Part shown: positions 24,249 to 36,440 of the stretch, piece after piece | How positions within the stretch are numbered: the first letter of the stretch is position 1 | Layout: every line of letters starts with the position of its first letter | NCBI RefSeq assembly: GCF_963921235.1 | Contig: NC_086097.1 | Span: 53,198,001 to 53,262,000, forward strand | Source of the DNA: Mobula hypostoma | Lineage: Eukaryota | Direction of reading: 5' to 3' | Length of the DNA stretch: 64,000 bases | Made by a program: the position numbers and the translations under genes | The notes under the pieces: generated by a model | What the model was told of the DNA's origin: nothing | The model's database searches: none | The model's input: only the letters and a program-made list of their open reading frames with translations

Positions 24249-25393
24249 CAGGGGAACCCAACCTTTTTTGCACTGCAGACCGGTTTAATATTGACAATAT
24301 TCTTGCGGACTGGCCAACCGGGGTGTGGGGGGTAGGATTGCCAACAGACAAGAGTAGCAGTCAAATACGTTGCGTTTGCCGTGAGAAAGACTACCATGAC
24401 CATGAAGCCTTGCGCGGACACCTGTGGGCGGGGGGGCGGGTGTTAATCACGACCGGAATATAGGTGGTAAGTGGCTAATAGACTCAATTTAGTTTCTAAA
24501 AGGGGTTATCTAACGAATTTAATATTAAACACAGCGCATATTTTCCTCACATGAATATAGTGATAAAGTCAATTTTCAGGGGAGGACAGGGAAGCTTGAA
24601 GTAAGTGTTGAACAAACTTCCAATAGAAGTGGAAGAGGCAGGTTCGATATTATCATTTAAAGAAAAATTGGATAGGTATATGGACTGGAAAGGAACGGAG
24701 GGTTGTGGGCTGAGTGCAGGTCGGTGGGACCAGGTGAGAGTAAGCGTTCGGCACGGACTAGAAGGGCCGAGATCGCCTGTTTCTGTGCTGTAATTGTTAT
24801 ATGGTTATATAAGTCACTTACAAGTCAATAACATCATAACATTTTAAGTAATGTTTGGATATTAAACACACAGCACATATTCCCCCCGTATGAACATATA
24901 AAATCATTGCAACACACCAAAATCGCTGTATCAGTGGGAGCCCTGGGCTGAATACTGGTTCCCTGCAACAAGACGGTGCCATCGAGGGGTGATGGGAGAC
25001 AGCAATACTCAAAGGGGGTTCCTTGTGTCTAGTCTATTCCGCAATTTAGTTTTGGTTGCATTCATTGCAGAGATATGTTGGAAATGGAAGCAATGTTTTC
25101 AGTGCTTTCGTGGCTATCTCAGGATATTTAGCCCTGACTTTGATCCAGAATGCCGGCAGAGATGTTATGTCAAACATACTTTTCAGCCCGCCGTCATTTG
25201 CAAGCTCGAGGAGTTGATATTCTTCCCGTGCTGACATGGATGACGCTCGGGTAATGACCTAGCGTGCGTTCAAACTCAACAGAGGCCGTGACAGGGAATG
25301 AGAAAAAGTGCATCTGACTCATATCGCCAAATTGTATCGTTTCTTTGCGGCCTGGTAGCACATGCTTTGCGGCCCGGTGGTTGGGGACCGCTG
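24249..25393 (-). mobile_element. hAT (Charlie/MER1-like) non-autonomous element carrying a CR1 3' fragment
   Basis: TIRs CAGGGGAACCCAACC / GGTTGGGGACCGCTG; perfect 8-bp TSD gcctacac (24241-24248 / 25394-25401); hAT dimerisation remnant LPAFWIKVRAKYPEIATKALKTLLPFPT. Confidence 0.92.
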
Positions 25394-25739
25394 GCCTACA
25401 CCAGCCCTTCTGCTAACATATCATGCTCAAAACCCATAACTTTTTGACTGCAGACTTCTTCAATCATTGACAAATCTCAGTTGCTAAGAAATGAAAGGAA
25501 TTGGGCATTTGGTCTCCTGTGATCGTTAAACCATTTAATAACATCGTGACTGATCTTTTGCTTCATTACCATTTTTTTCTGCCCAAACCACAGATTGTCT
25601 TAATACACAAAAGAAAATCTATTGAGTTCCTGAAAATACTTTTGGTACAGGGAATAGGGTTAGGGTTAGGGAATTTCAAAAAATGATCTACTGGATGAAG
25701 AAATATCTACTAATATCAGTCCTACATGACTGTCAATGA

Positions 25740-26190
25740 GAATCGCTGAATTTTGGCACAAAACAACCAAGCCAGTGTAAGCATCAACTCCATATACACC
25801 CTGCTTGAAATTAAGAATGTTATATATCGCATTTTTGTTCACCTCTCATTCTTCTAAACTCAAGAGTATTGTTTCAGTCTGCCTAATATCTAATAAGTCA
25901 AACTGCTGTCCTAGGAATTAATTTGGTGAATCTCTACTGCTCTCCCCCAATTGCAATTACTTCTTTCTTTGGGTAGAGAGAGATCAGTTCTATGTACCGT
26001 TTTCCAGATGTAGTCTCACCAGGGCCTGACATAATTCGAGCCACATAGCCTTACTATTGTACTGAAGTTCTCTTGCAATAAAGATAAACACACTATCATT
26101 CTTCCTCATTAATTCTTAGATCTGCACATGGACTTTCAGAGCGTTGTGTACAAGCTCATCTGTCCCCCTGAATAGCAACACGCACCACCA
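25740..26190 (-). mobile_element. Old CR1 fragment
   Basis: Degenerate CR1 3' motifs (CCTCTCATTCTTCTAAACTC, GGTGAATCTCTACTGC). Confidence 0.55.
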
Positions 26191-26649
26191 TTCAGCACTT
26201 AACAAAGGAGAGGAAGTGTTCGCAATTCATAAAATATATGATCCTGCTTCAATTTTAAAAGGTGTGAAAGATTTTTCAGTTTCGACAATGAAAAATAAAC
26301 TGGAGTGATTTAGATAGACTTAACAAAAAAGTTGTCTTTTTTTGCAGTGTTTTATTGTTGCCACATTAAAAAAAATCAGTATCAAAGTTTCATAATCTGA
26401 ACCCATTCACTCGCCTCACGTAACAAAGTCAATAAATTTGGTTGAATTTTTAACCATTCAATGCAAGCACTGGTTCAGAAGCAATTTTAAAGTAGTACAG
26501 CACATTAAATCAGACTGTAGTTATATATAGATTGTTCACATTCTACAAATCCCCAGAGAAGTGCACCATGACATCAAAGGAATGTTAGATTATTAACATC
26601 CCAGATCATTGGTACTGGCTTGGAAGTGTATATACTCAAGTGTTATAAA

Positions 26650-29150
26650 GTCACAGGGCACTACAGCACAGAATCAGGCCCTTTGGCCCATCCAGTCTGT
26701 GCCAAACTATTAGCCTGCCTTGTCACAACGATCTGCACCCAGACCATAGCCCTACAAACCCCTCCCATCCATGTACCCCTCTAAATTTCACTTATATGTT
26801 GAAACCGACAATGCATCCAGTTCTTCCACTGGCAGCTCATTCTACACTCTGAGTGAAGAGGTTCTCCCTCATGTTCCCCTTAAATATTTTTCACCCTTAA
26901 CCCATACCCTCTAGCTCTAGTCTTACCCAACTTCAGTGGGGAAAGCCTGCTTGCACTTACCTTATCTATATCCTTCTTAATTTTGTAAACCTATCAAATT
27001 TCCCCTCATTCTTTTACACTCTAGGGAATGAAGTCCAAACCTATTAAATCTTTCCCTGTGTAACTCAGGACCTCAAGTCCTGGCACCATCCTTTTACATT
27101 CCTGCTGCACTCTTTCAATTTTATTGAAATCTTTTCTGTAGGTAGTGACAAAACTGCACACAACATTCCTATTTAGGCCTCACCAACATCTTTTACAACT
27201 TCAACATAACATCCCAACTCCTGTACTCGGTACTTCGATTTATGAAGGCCAATGTAACAAAAGCTTTCTTTACGTCCCTATCTCTCGGTGATGCCACCTT
27301 CAAGGAATTATGGATCTGTATTCCCAGATCTCGCTGTTCTATTATGCTTCTCAGTGTCTTACTGCTCACTGTTTAAGTCCTACCTTAGTTAGCCCTTCCA
27401 AAGTGCAACACCTCACAATTATCTGCATTAAATTCCATCTGCCATTTACCAACCCATTTTTCCAGCTGGTCCAGATCTCTGACTTCTCGCACAAAGCCGA
27501 CTCTAATCCAATTTACTGCCTCACAATTATCTGCGTTAAGTTCCTTCTGCCATTTACCAACCCAAGCGAATGAACCGCCTTGATCAACTTCTGGGTGGAA
27601 CCTTGTCAAAGGCCTTGCTAAAGTCCATGTAGATAAAATTCACTACCTTGCCTCCATTCACTTTCCTGGTAACTTTCTCAAAAACTCTTAAGATTGATTA
27701 GGCACTACCTACCACACACTTTCCTTAAACAGAACGTTAGCTATCCTCCACTCCTCCGGCACCTCACCTGTGACTAAGGATGTTTTAAATATTTCTGCTA
27801 GTACCCATGCTATTTCTGCACTTGCCTTCCACAGGGTCCAAGGGAACAGCATGTCAGGCCCTGAGGATTTACCAACCCTAATTTGCCTCAAGGCAGCAAA
27901 CACCTCCTTCTCTATAGTTTGTATATGATCCATGACCTCATTACTGCTTTGGCTCACTCGTATAGTCTGTGTCCAACACCAGAGTACAGATGCAAAAGAA
28001 TCCATTTAAGGTTTCCCCCATCTCTTTCGACTCCATGCTAGATGACCACTCTGATCTTCCAGAGGACCATTTTTGTCCCTTGCTATCCTTTTGCTCTTAA
28101 CATATCTGGAAAGCACATGAGGATTCTCCTTCACCTTGTCTGCTAGAGCAACCTCATGCCTTCTTTTAGCCCTCCTGATTTCCTTCTTTAAGTGTTCTCT
28201 TACATTTCTTATACTTCAGAAGCAGCTCATCTGTTCCTACCTGCCTGTATCTACTATGCACCTCCTCCTTTTTCTTAACCAGGGCCTCAATATCGCTCAT
28301 AAATCAAAGTTCCCTAAACCTGTTATCCTTGTCTTTTATTCTGACAGGTATAAACTCTGTACTCTCAAAATGTCAGTTTTGAAGGCCTCTCACTTACCAA
28401 ATACAGCTTTGCCAGAAGACAACCTGTCCCAATCCACACTTGCCAGGTCCTTTCTGATACCATTAAAATAAGCTTTTCTCCAATTTAGAATGTCAACCCA
28501 AGGACCAAACCTATCCTTTTCCATAATTATCTTAAAACTAACGGAATTATGATCATTAGATGCAAAGTGTTCCCCTACGCAATGCTTTGTCACCTGCTTG
28601 TCTCATTCTCTAATAAGGAAATCTAGTATTGCACTTTCTCTACTTGGAACTTCTATGTACTGATAATGGAAACTTTCCTCAACATATTTGACATATCTAT
28701 CCCATCCAGCCCTTTTACAAAATTGGATTCCCAGTCAATATGTGGAAAGTTAAAATCACCTACTATTACAGCCGCATGTTTCATTCATTTCTGTGATCTC
28801 TCTACAAAATTTGCCCGCTAAATCCTGTGGACCATTGGGTGGTCTATAATAAAACCCCTTAATGTGGTCATCCCTTTCTTATTTCTCATTTCCATCGATA
28901 TAACCTCAGTAGGTGAGCTCTTCAGTCTGTACTGTCTGAGCACTGCCGTGACCTTTTCTCTAACTAGTAATGCAACCCCTCCTCCTCTAATTCCTCCCAC
29001 TCTATCACATCTAAAACAACGAAAACCTGGAACACTGAGTTGCCAGTCCAGCCCTTCCTCCAACCATGTCTCACTAATGCCTACAATGTCATAATGCCAC
29101 ATGCTGATCCATGCCCTCAGCTCACCCGCATTTCCTACAATACTCCTTGC
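26650..29150 (-). mobile_element. CR1 LINE ORF2 (endonuclease-RT) with internal deletions
   Basis: ARSIVG..DIVGISETWL..RGGGVALL (EN), NDHN, KSSGPDM..VPEEWRIANV, WQMEFNADNCEVLHFGR. Confidence 0.9.
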
Positions 29151-31220
29151 AATGAAATACACACACTAAAATTAATTAAGATGAATATATTGATTTTCAA
29201 CAAATGCATTCCAACGCAGGATGCAGTTTTGTGGGAACTGGAACACATCCCATATTGTCCACTGAGGATACAATAATGCTGCTGGTTAAGCTCACTTTCC
29301 ACCAGTGCTTCTCCCACGTCCATTAACAAGCACACTTACTTTCCCTCAGCACTTCTCCCACATCCTTTTACACATTTTTTAAAAACCCTCTAAATTATTC
29401 TGTCATTTATTTCCATCATGTACCAGTTTACTATCAACAAAGTCTGCATGCATTGAACTATGTTCTTGTTCGGTGATCTTGCTTTTTTAAGATTCCTTAT
29501 AATCCTTTCAATTAATTTTAAATGACCTCTCTCTTTCTCTTTGTAGATGCTGACAGACTTGCTCCAGAAGCTGAACACTATTTCTTGCACCCAGAGAAAC
29601 TACAGAGCAGTCTATGAATTGGATTAACACTACACAATAAGGTTCCACTGGATCCCATCAGTATGCCAGATTAAAGCTCACTCGAAGGTTTCAACCAATT
29701 TGCTGTGATCACTTAACTTCAGTTGATCTGCTTGGGGGCATTTTCTCCCTTAAGCATTACAGCTAAGCAGTACAAGAGCTTAAGTTTATACATAGAAACT
29801 CTGTGTTGACAAATGGTAGTGTGCAGTGAAGACTGCAGGGACCAGAAAATGAGGGATCTGATGTAACTTTAGATTATCAGTAGCAACCTGAAATTACAAA
29901 TATCAAGTCTACTTCACAATTCAGCGAAGTCCTGAATAATCCACTCCAAAGTCCAAGATTCCAGGGTAGTTAAAGAGTTCACTCACTGGCTGTAAATATA
30001 TTCAATGATTTCACAGATACGAGACTGGAATATTTCAGAAGGTTTCCAACCCTCAAAGTAGAAATTTCTCATCCCTGTTTTAAATGGGCATTGTCTTGTT
30101 CTGAAACCATGCCTCCTAGTTCTAGATATAGGCTAAAAACACAACCCAGCTTTTTAAGTCAAAAATGACCTATTTATATGGAGTTGTGTTAGTTAGACAT
30201 TACTCTACCAATATATCAAGCTTCACCTCAATAAGCTTCCTTCTTCTGCAATAACCTTTTACATGGCACCTTGTCAAATCCTGTTTGAAAATCCAAATTC
30301 AACATATCTGCAAGTTACCCTTATTCACCACACTAGTAACATCCTGATAAGAATAAATCTGTCAAACTATATTACCCTTGCGTAAAGCCCATGACAATTT
30401 TGCTGAATTATCTTATGATTTTCTAAATATCCTGTTACTATTTCCTAAGAATGGATTACCATGATCAGATGATAAGTTAGCTAGCTCATGTCAGTGCTTT
30501 TGGTTTCTCTCCTTTCTTAAATTACATCTGCAACTTTATATTCTGTGGGGAACTTTGTAGTAGTAAGTTGGGAATTTTGTAAAATCACCACCACAGCATC
30601 CACCATTTCTGCTCTTAGATCCTAGGATATAAGACATTGGATTGGCCAGTCTTTAATCCTATTTGTTTATAACTTATTTAATGATAATGGTTGTTTTAAG
30701 TTCCTCATTCCATTTTGTCCTGATCATCTAGTTATTGAGACAATTTTATCATGTGCTGTGAAGAAAAATGTCTATGCCTTTTGCTCACTTCTCAATAGCT
30801 CAGTTATCTCATCATTTTTGTTTTAACAATTCCTTTTTATATACAGTACATATATAATTCATCTTTCTTGCTGTTTCTCTATTATCTAGTTAGTCATCCA
30901 ATGCTTGACTTTAGCGTTTTCCCAATCCTCCATCCTACCAATAATCTTTTATATCATTACATATGTTTTCTTTCAATTGAAATTATGCTCAACTTCAGTT
31001 TGTCCAGGATGGATCATCTTTTCCTTAAATTAAAGTATGTTGAGAGTTATGCATATAAGATCTTATTCAGATTGGGTTTGCAATGTTTTTATTCTAGTAA
31101 TGAAAGAAGTGCAATTTACGGTCATCGAATTCATCCTTCTATACTACCCAATCTCCATTTTGAACATCAATGACTCCCCCGGTGAAAATGTCATATAAAA
31201 GGTGCATTTACTGCATATTT

Positions 31221-31630
31221 ACTCAGTGACGACTTTATTAGGTGGCTTCTGAGTTACGTTGGTGGTCTTCTGCTGCTGTAGTCCATCCACTACAGTTCTG
31301 CTTTATTGCTATAAAGTTTTGCTATATCGTGCATTCGCAGATTCTCTCTGGCACACCACTTTCGCCTTCCTGTCACTTTGCATCAGCCATTCTCCTCTGA
31401 CCTCTCGCATTAATAAGGCGTATTTGCCCACAGAACAGATGCTCAATGGAAGTTTTTTTTGTTTCTCACACCATTCTCTGCAAACTCTAGGAATTGTTGT
31501 GTGTAAAAATACTAGGACAGCAGTTTCTGAGATTCTCAAACACCGCCCCCTGCCCCACCACCAGTCCAGCACCAATTATCATTCCATGGTCATAGTCACT
31601 TAGATCCCATTTCTTTCCCGTTCTGATGTT
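31221..31630 (-). mobile_element. Tc1-like DNA transposon remnant
   Basis: Tc1-type terminus ACTCAGTGACGACTTTATTAGG; transposase N-terminal remnant (DLSDYDHGMIIGA..ISETA..TTIPRVCREW). Confidence 0.75.
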
Positions 31631-31944
31631 CAGTATTTCACATTCCACATCTAAAGTTTTCTTAAAGTGTCAAGGTTATGCATCACAAAATACATGGGGC
31701 TTTAAGAATCTAAGATGAACCGAACACCAATATTCAGTGCCCAAATACTTCAATGGGCTGAATGGCCTAATTCTGCTTCTATGTCGTCTGCTCTTATCAG
31801 ATTCCCTTGATAAAATACCGTGCCAAGTGTTGAAATTTGCTCATTTCCATGAAATAATATGCTGGGGACCTCAAATCTTTGTCACCAAGGAACAAAAAAA
31901 AGTGTCACACATACAAATCAGGCAGCAAATACGGAAATGAATAA

Positions 31945-32210
31945 ACTGTTTGTGATTCAGGCAGAGACTCTTCATCAGGACTGGTCAGGAAAGGGGAAGA
32001 AGCCAGAATAAGATGGTGGGGAGGGGAGGAATGGAATAGAAGCTCAGTAATAGATGAAGTCAGGTGACTGGGGGAGGGGGGTAGGGTAAGAAGCTGAGAT
32101 ATGATAGGTGGAAGAGGTCAAGGCAGGGCTGGAGATACGGAATCTGATAGAAGAGGAGAGTGGACCATGGGTGAAAGGGAAGGAAGAAGGGCACCAGTGG
32201 GAGGTAAAAA
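31945..32210 (-). mobile_element. Old Penelope-like terminal fragment
   Basis: GAGACTCTTCATCAGGACTG followed by the purine-rich PLE segment seen in the other copies. Confidence 0.65.
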
Positions 32211-32523
32211 AAAACAAAGGCACAAAAAAATACAGATTTCCCTTTTGGTCGATAAAACCCTTAACAGCAGATGCACTGAGTGCTTAACATTTGTTTCAAC
32301 ATCTGTCAATAATTAGAACTTTTGACAACTGAAGGCATCAGTAGAAGGAAGAATCCAAGGTGAGGGTTGGGGTGGTAGGACAGGATTTGCAATCATTGAT
32401 GTGGAAAACAGAGCTACAAGATGCCATTTAATTGTCAATAAATGCATAGAAGCAATCTGTCAATTGGCATCATATCTTTCACAATGCTAAGACACACAAA
32501 AATGACAAAAAGTGCGTTTATAG

Positions 32524-33844
32524 CAGACATCCCACCCTGCAAAAACTCATTTCAGGGAGGTAGCAGCCCCCCCCACCCGCAACACCATATCCCACCCCCC
32601 AGCCCGCCCGTCGACCTCCAAGGGTGTATGTAATACTTTGTTTAGTGATTTTGTCTAATCTGTAAACCAAGTGGGGTATATGCAGCAAATGTGACATTAA
32701 AATATGTGCTTATATTATCTTATATTATCATGTTTATTCTATAACAACTTTAAGCAAGTCTACAGGGAGTTTGGTCTCATCACGTTGGACATCAATAGCG
32801 TAGCTCCTTAGCAGCTAGCCAGCTAGTTTAAATAACGTTAGCTATGCTGTAATGACACCTGTTAAACTCACCTCAACCTGTCTTTTACATTTTAACCCAC
32901 CATGGGCAATAGAAAAGTCACTGTTGCAAACAGTGCAGCGGGCAACACTGTCATTATTTTCGAGGTCGACTGTAAAGCCCGCCCAGAGTGAAAACTGATA
33001 GGTCTACTTAGCAGGGGTCCCCAACATTTTTTGCACCACAGACCGGTTTAATATTGACAATATTCTTGCGGACCAGCCGACCGGGGGGGGCGGGGGGGTG
33101 TTAATCACGATCGGAATATAGGTGATAAGTCAATAGCATCATAACATTTTAAGTAACGTTTAGATATTAAACACACAGCGCATATTTTCCCCGTATGAAC
33201 ATATAAAATCATTGCAACACACCAATATCGCTGAATCAGTGCAAGCCCTGGGCTTGTTTTCCTGCAACAAGACAATCCCATCGAGGGGTGATGGGAGACA
33301 GCGATACTCGAAGGGGGTTCCTTATGTCCAGTCTGTTCCGCAATTTAGCTTTCGTTGCATTCATTGCAGAAAACTCCGCTTCGCAGCGATATGATGTTGG
33401 AAATGGAAGCATCGTTTTCAGTGCTTTCGTGGCTATCTCAGGATATTTAGCCTTGAGCTTGATCCAGAATGCCGGCAGAGATGTTATGTCAAACAAACTT
33501 TTCAGCCGCCGTCATTTGCAAGCTCGAGGAGTTGATCTCCTTCCCGCGCTGACATGGATGATGCGCGGGTAATGACCTCGCGTGCGTTCAAGTTCAACAG
33601 TGCGTGACAGGGAATGAGGAAAGGTGCAAATGACTCATATCATTTCATATCGCCAAATCATATTGTTTCCTCATGGCCTGGTGGTTGGGGACCACTCTTA
33701 GCACGAAGGGAGACCAATCAGGATGCTCGCTCTCCCTCTCAAAAAAATCTATTTCCGGGATATTGTACATAATTTCCGGGCGTCAGGGAGCCACTATCGA
33801 TATGTGGGAGACTCCCGGATCTTCCGGGAGAGGTGGGATGTCTG
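32524..33844. mobile_element. Non-autonomous TIR DNA transposon (hAT-like) with 6-bp TSD, host of a nested hAT
   Basis: TIRs CAGACATCCCACC / GGTGGGATGTCTG; TTATAG on both flanks (32518-32523 / 33845-33850); subterminal TCCGGG/CCCGGA motifs. Confidence 0.85.
33012..33696 (-). mobile_element. hAT (Charlie/MER1-like) non-autonomous element, second copy, nested
   Basis: TIRs CAGGGGTCCCCAAC / GTTGGGGACCACT; partial TSD ctacttag / cttag; ORF MFDITSLPAFWIKLKAKYPEIATKAL..CEAEFSAM..RNRLD. Confidence 0.9.
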
Positions 33845-34769
33845 TTATAGGCATAGAAACAATTGTTTATGTTTCTAATACTGAATGGCCGAATACAAAG
33901 TCAAATGAGGGAAACAAAATTGTAGCATCTTTAGAAATCATTAGGACTGAACTGCAAAGAGAATGGTTTTATTTAAGTTGTAGTAAGTGCCTAGTTACTA
34001 CAACATGTGTTTATTGTTCTTCATGGTTGGCAATAAACCACTGCATCATCATATTCAATGGCAGAGAACCATGGTGAAGGATACATCGGTTAAATAGAGA
34101 CTCACTTCATTAAAGTTGGCATTCTGGGTCTGAACCAACAACGAGCAAAGAACATTTAAATTTAAACAATATAGATCGCGCACACAAAAAAAAAACAAAA
34201 TCTGATCTAGGTTTGGTCACTTTCTTTTCCCCTCCCACAGTGCTTCACTGTTTTGCAAAACAAAGCGAGTGAAACGAAGTTAAACGAAGAATCTGTTTCC
34301 CTGTCTTGATGTACAAAACCAAGTGAAGAGAAGCCAAGTTCTCCCACTGTTCTGAGTTCACTCCACTACCATTCAATATTTCTCAAAAAACTGAACAACC
34401 AGTTACACATTCTCTCTGTGTTGCCCAACTAGCCAATTCAATTGCCTTCAATAGTGGCTACAATGTTAACATAACTAATTGACTGCATCTTGAAACAACC
34501 AGAGGATCTTCATGTCATAAATAGAGAACTACATTCATTTTAGTTGAATAACCACAGTACCCCCTGACTACTTTGATCTACTAAACTGGGTGAAGCTTCC
34601 AAGCTGACTGGTAGCACTTACATCTACTATAATGACGTGGTTAGAGATGTTGGTCATGGCTAGAATTAACTTTAGCCTGAGCAAGGACCTGGATCCAATC
34701 GCCACAACAGCTCTACAGAGGATACAAAGTCACTGGCTCTCCACTCTGCGTTGGAACACCTAGTTAACA

Positions 34770-35100
34770 GCAAAACCAGCCAGGCTGCTATTTACTGATT
34801 ACAGCTCAGCATTCTGCACCATCATCCCCTCAGTACCAATCAATAAGGTTCAAATCCTGTACCTCTGTCCCTCACTCTGCAACTGGATCCATTACTTACT
34901 CAGTGGGAGACCAGTTAGTATTGATCTGTAATAACATCTCCTCCTAACTGAGGATTGCACAGGTGCACTGCAAGGGTGCATGATTACTGCACTGCTCGAC
35001 TCTCTTTACATTCATGTTGATGTCTTCTCATTACTACCGTCAGGGCGGGGAAACCAAAGCCTACATTCAATGATTTAGGAACAGCTTTCTGTCGCCATAA
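34770..35100 (+). mobile_element. Degenerate Rex1/Babar-like RT fragment
   Basis: TTTACTGATTACAGCTCAGCATTC and CTGCAACTGGATCC (F.DYSSAF and CNWI motifs). Confidence 0.6.
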
Positions 35101-35149
35101 CAGGAAATAGAGTTCCCCTTCTCTTTACTTACTAGCCTCCGTATCCTAG

Positions 35150-35972
35150 TACTGAACACAAGTGGGACAAGTACTGTATTTGCCCCTATACCACCGCCCT
35201 CACCACCATTCAGAGCCCAAACTAGTCCTTCTCAAATGAGAAGACACTTTACCTGCGAATCTGCTGGGATCGTCTACTGTATCTGGCGCTCCTACTGTAG
35301 CCTCTTCTACATCAGCGAGACCTGATGTAGATTGGGGGATCACTTCATCAAGCACCTTCGCTCCATCTGCCACAAAAGGCGTGATCTCCTGGTAGCTGCC
35401 TATTTCAACTTGATTTCCCATTTTGCCATGTTGGTTCACGGTGTCCCCTGCTGCCACAATAAGGCCAGTCTCAGGTTGGAGGAGCAACACCTCATACTCT
35501 GTCTCGGTAGCTTCCATCCTGATGGCATGAACATCAATTTCTCCAGCTTTTGGTAATTTCTTTCCCCTCCACTTTCTCTTACTTTCCATTCCCCAAACCA
35601 GTTCCCCCACTCAAGCCTTTCTCTTCTTCTCACCTGCCCACCGCCTCACTCTAGTGCCTCTCCTCCTTTTTCCTGTGATCCACTCTCCTCTCCTGATAGA
35701 GGGCTTCTTTTCAGCCCTTTACCCCTTCCACCTAGCACCTCCCAGCTTCTCACTTCACCTTTCCTCCCCCACCCACCCACCCTGCCCATCATCTGGTTTC
35801 ACCCATTACCTGCCAGCTTGTATCCAGCTTGCAACCTTTCCATCACCCGCCTTATTATTCTGGTTTCTTCCCCCTTCCCTTCCAGTCCTAACAAAGGATC
35901 TCAGACCAAAATGTCCATTGATTACTCTTCTCCATAGATGCTGCCTGACCTGCTGAGTACTTTGTGTGTGCG
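35150..35972 (+). mobile_element. Penelope-like 3' fragment (GIY-YIG and terminus)
   Basis: GIVYCIW..LFYISET, GDHFIKHL, LEEQHLIL..PDGMNINFS; PLE end GATGCTGCCTGACCTGCTGAG. Confidence 0.85.
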
Positions 35973-36249
35973 CCACTTCTTTCCCTCCTTCATCGGATTT
36001 CTGAATAGTCCATGAACACTAACTTTTTTCTCCCCCACTCATTTGTACTTTAGAGTAATTTTATACATTTGAAATGTACTGCTGTTGCATTGTAACCTAG
36101 CCTGACAACTAGGTGAGCCCAAAAGGACCAAGTTATGACTGAGGTTGGGTTAAAAGGAATTAACAGTGGGCTAGGGATGGATTAGAATAGGATAACTCCT
36201 GAATATAAGTGTTCAACTTTGGAGATGATTGGGCTGCCTGTATACATGT

Positions 36250-36440
36250 CCAAAGTTCAAAGTGAATTTATTATCAAAGTACATATATGTCACTATATAC
36301 AACCCTGAAATCCATTTTCTTGCAGGCATACCCAATAAATCAATAACGGAATAATAGCCACAATAGAATCAATGAAAGACTGCACCAACTTGGGCATTCA
36401 GCCAGTGTGCAAATACAAAAAAAGGAAATAATAATAAATA
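36250..36440 (-). mobile_element. LINE 3' tail (AAAGTTCAAAGT family)
   Basis: aaagttcaaagtgaatttattatcaaagtacatatatgtcac recurs at 60573 and, inverted, at ~57840-57872. Confidence 0.65.

Noticed and set aside
25665..25680. TTAGGG repeats as an interstitial telomere
   Set aside because: Only two to three units; too short to be meaningful.
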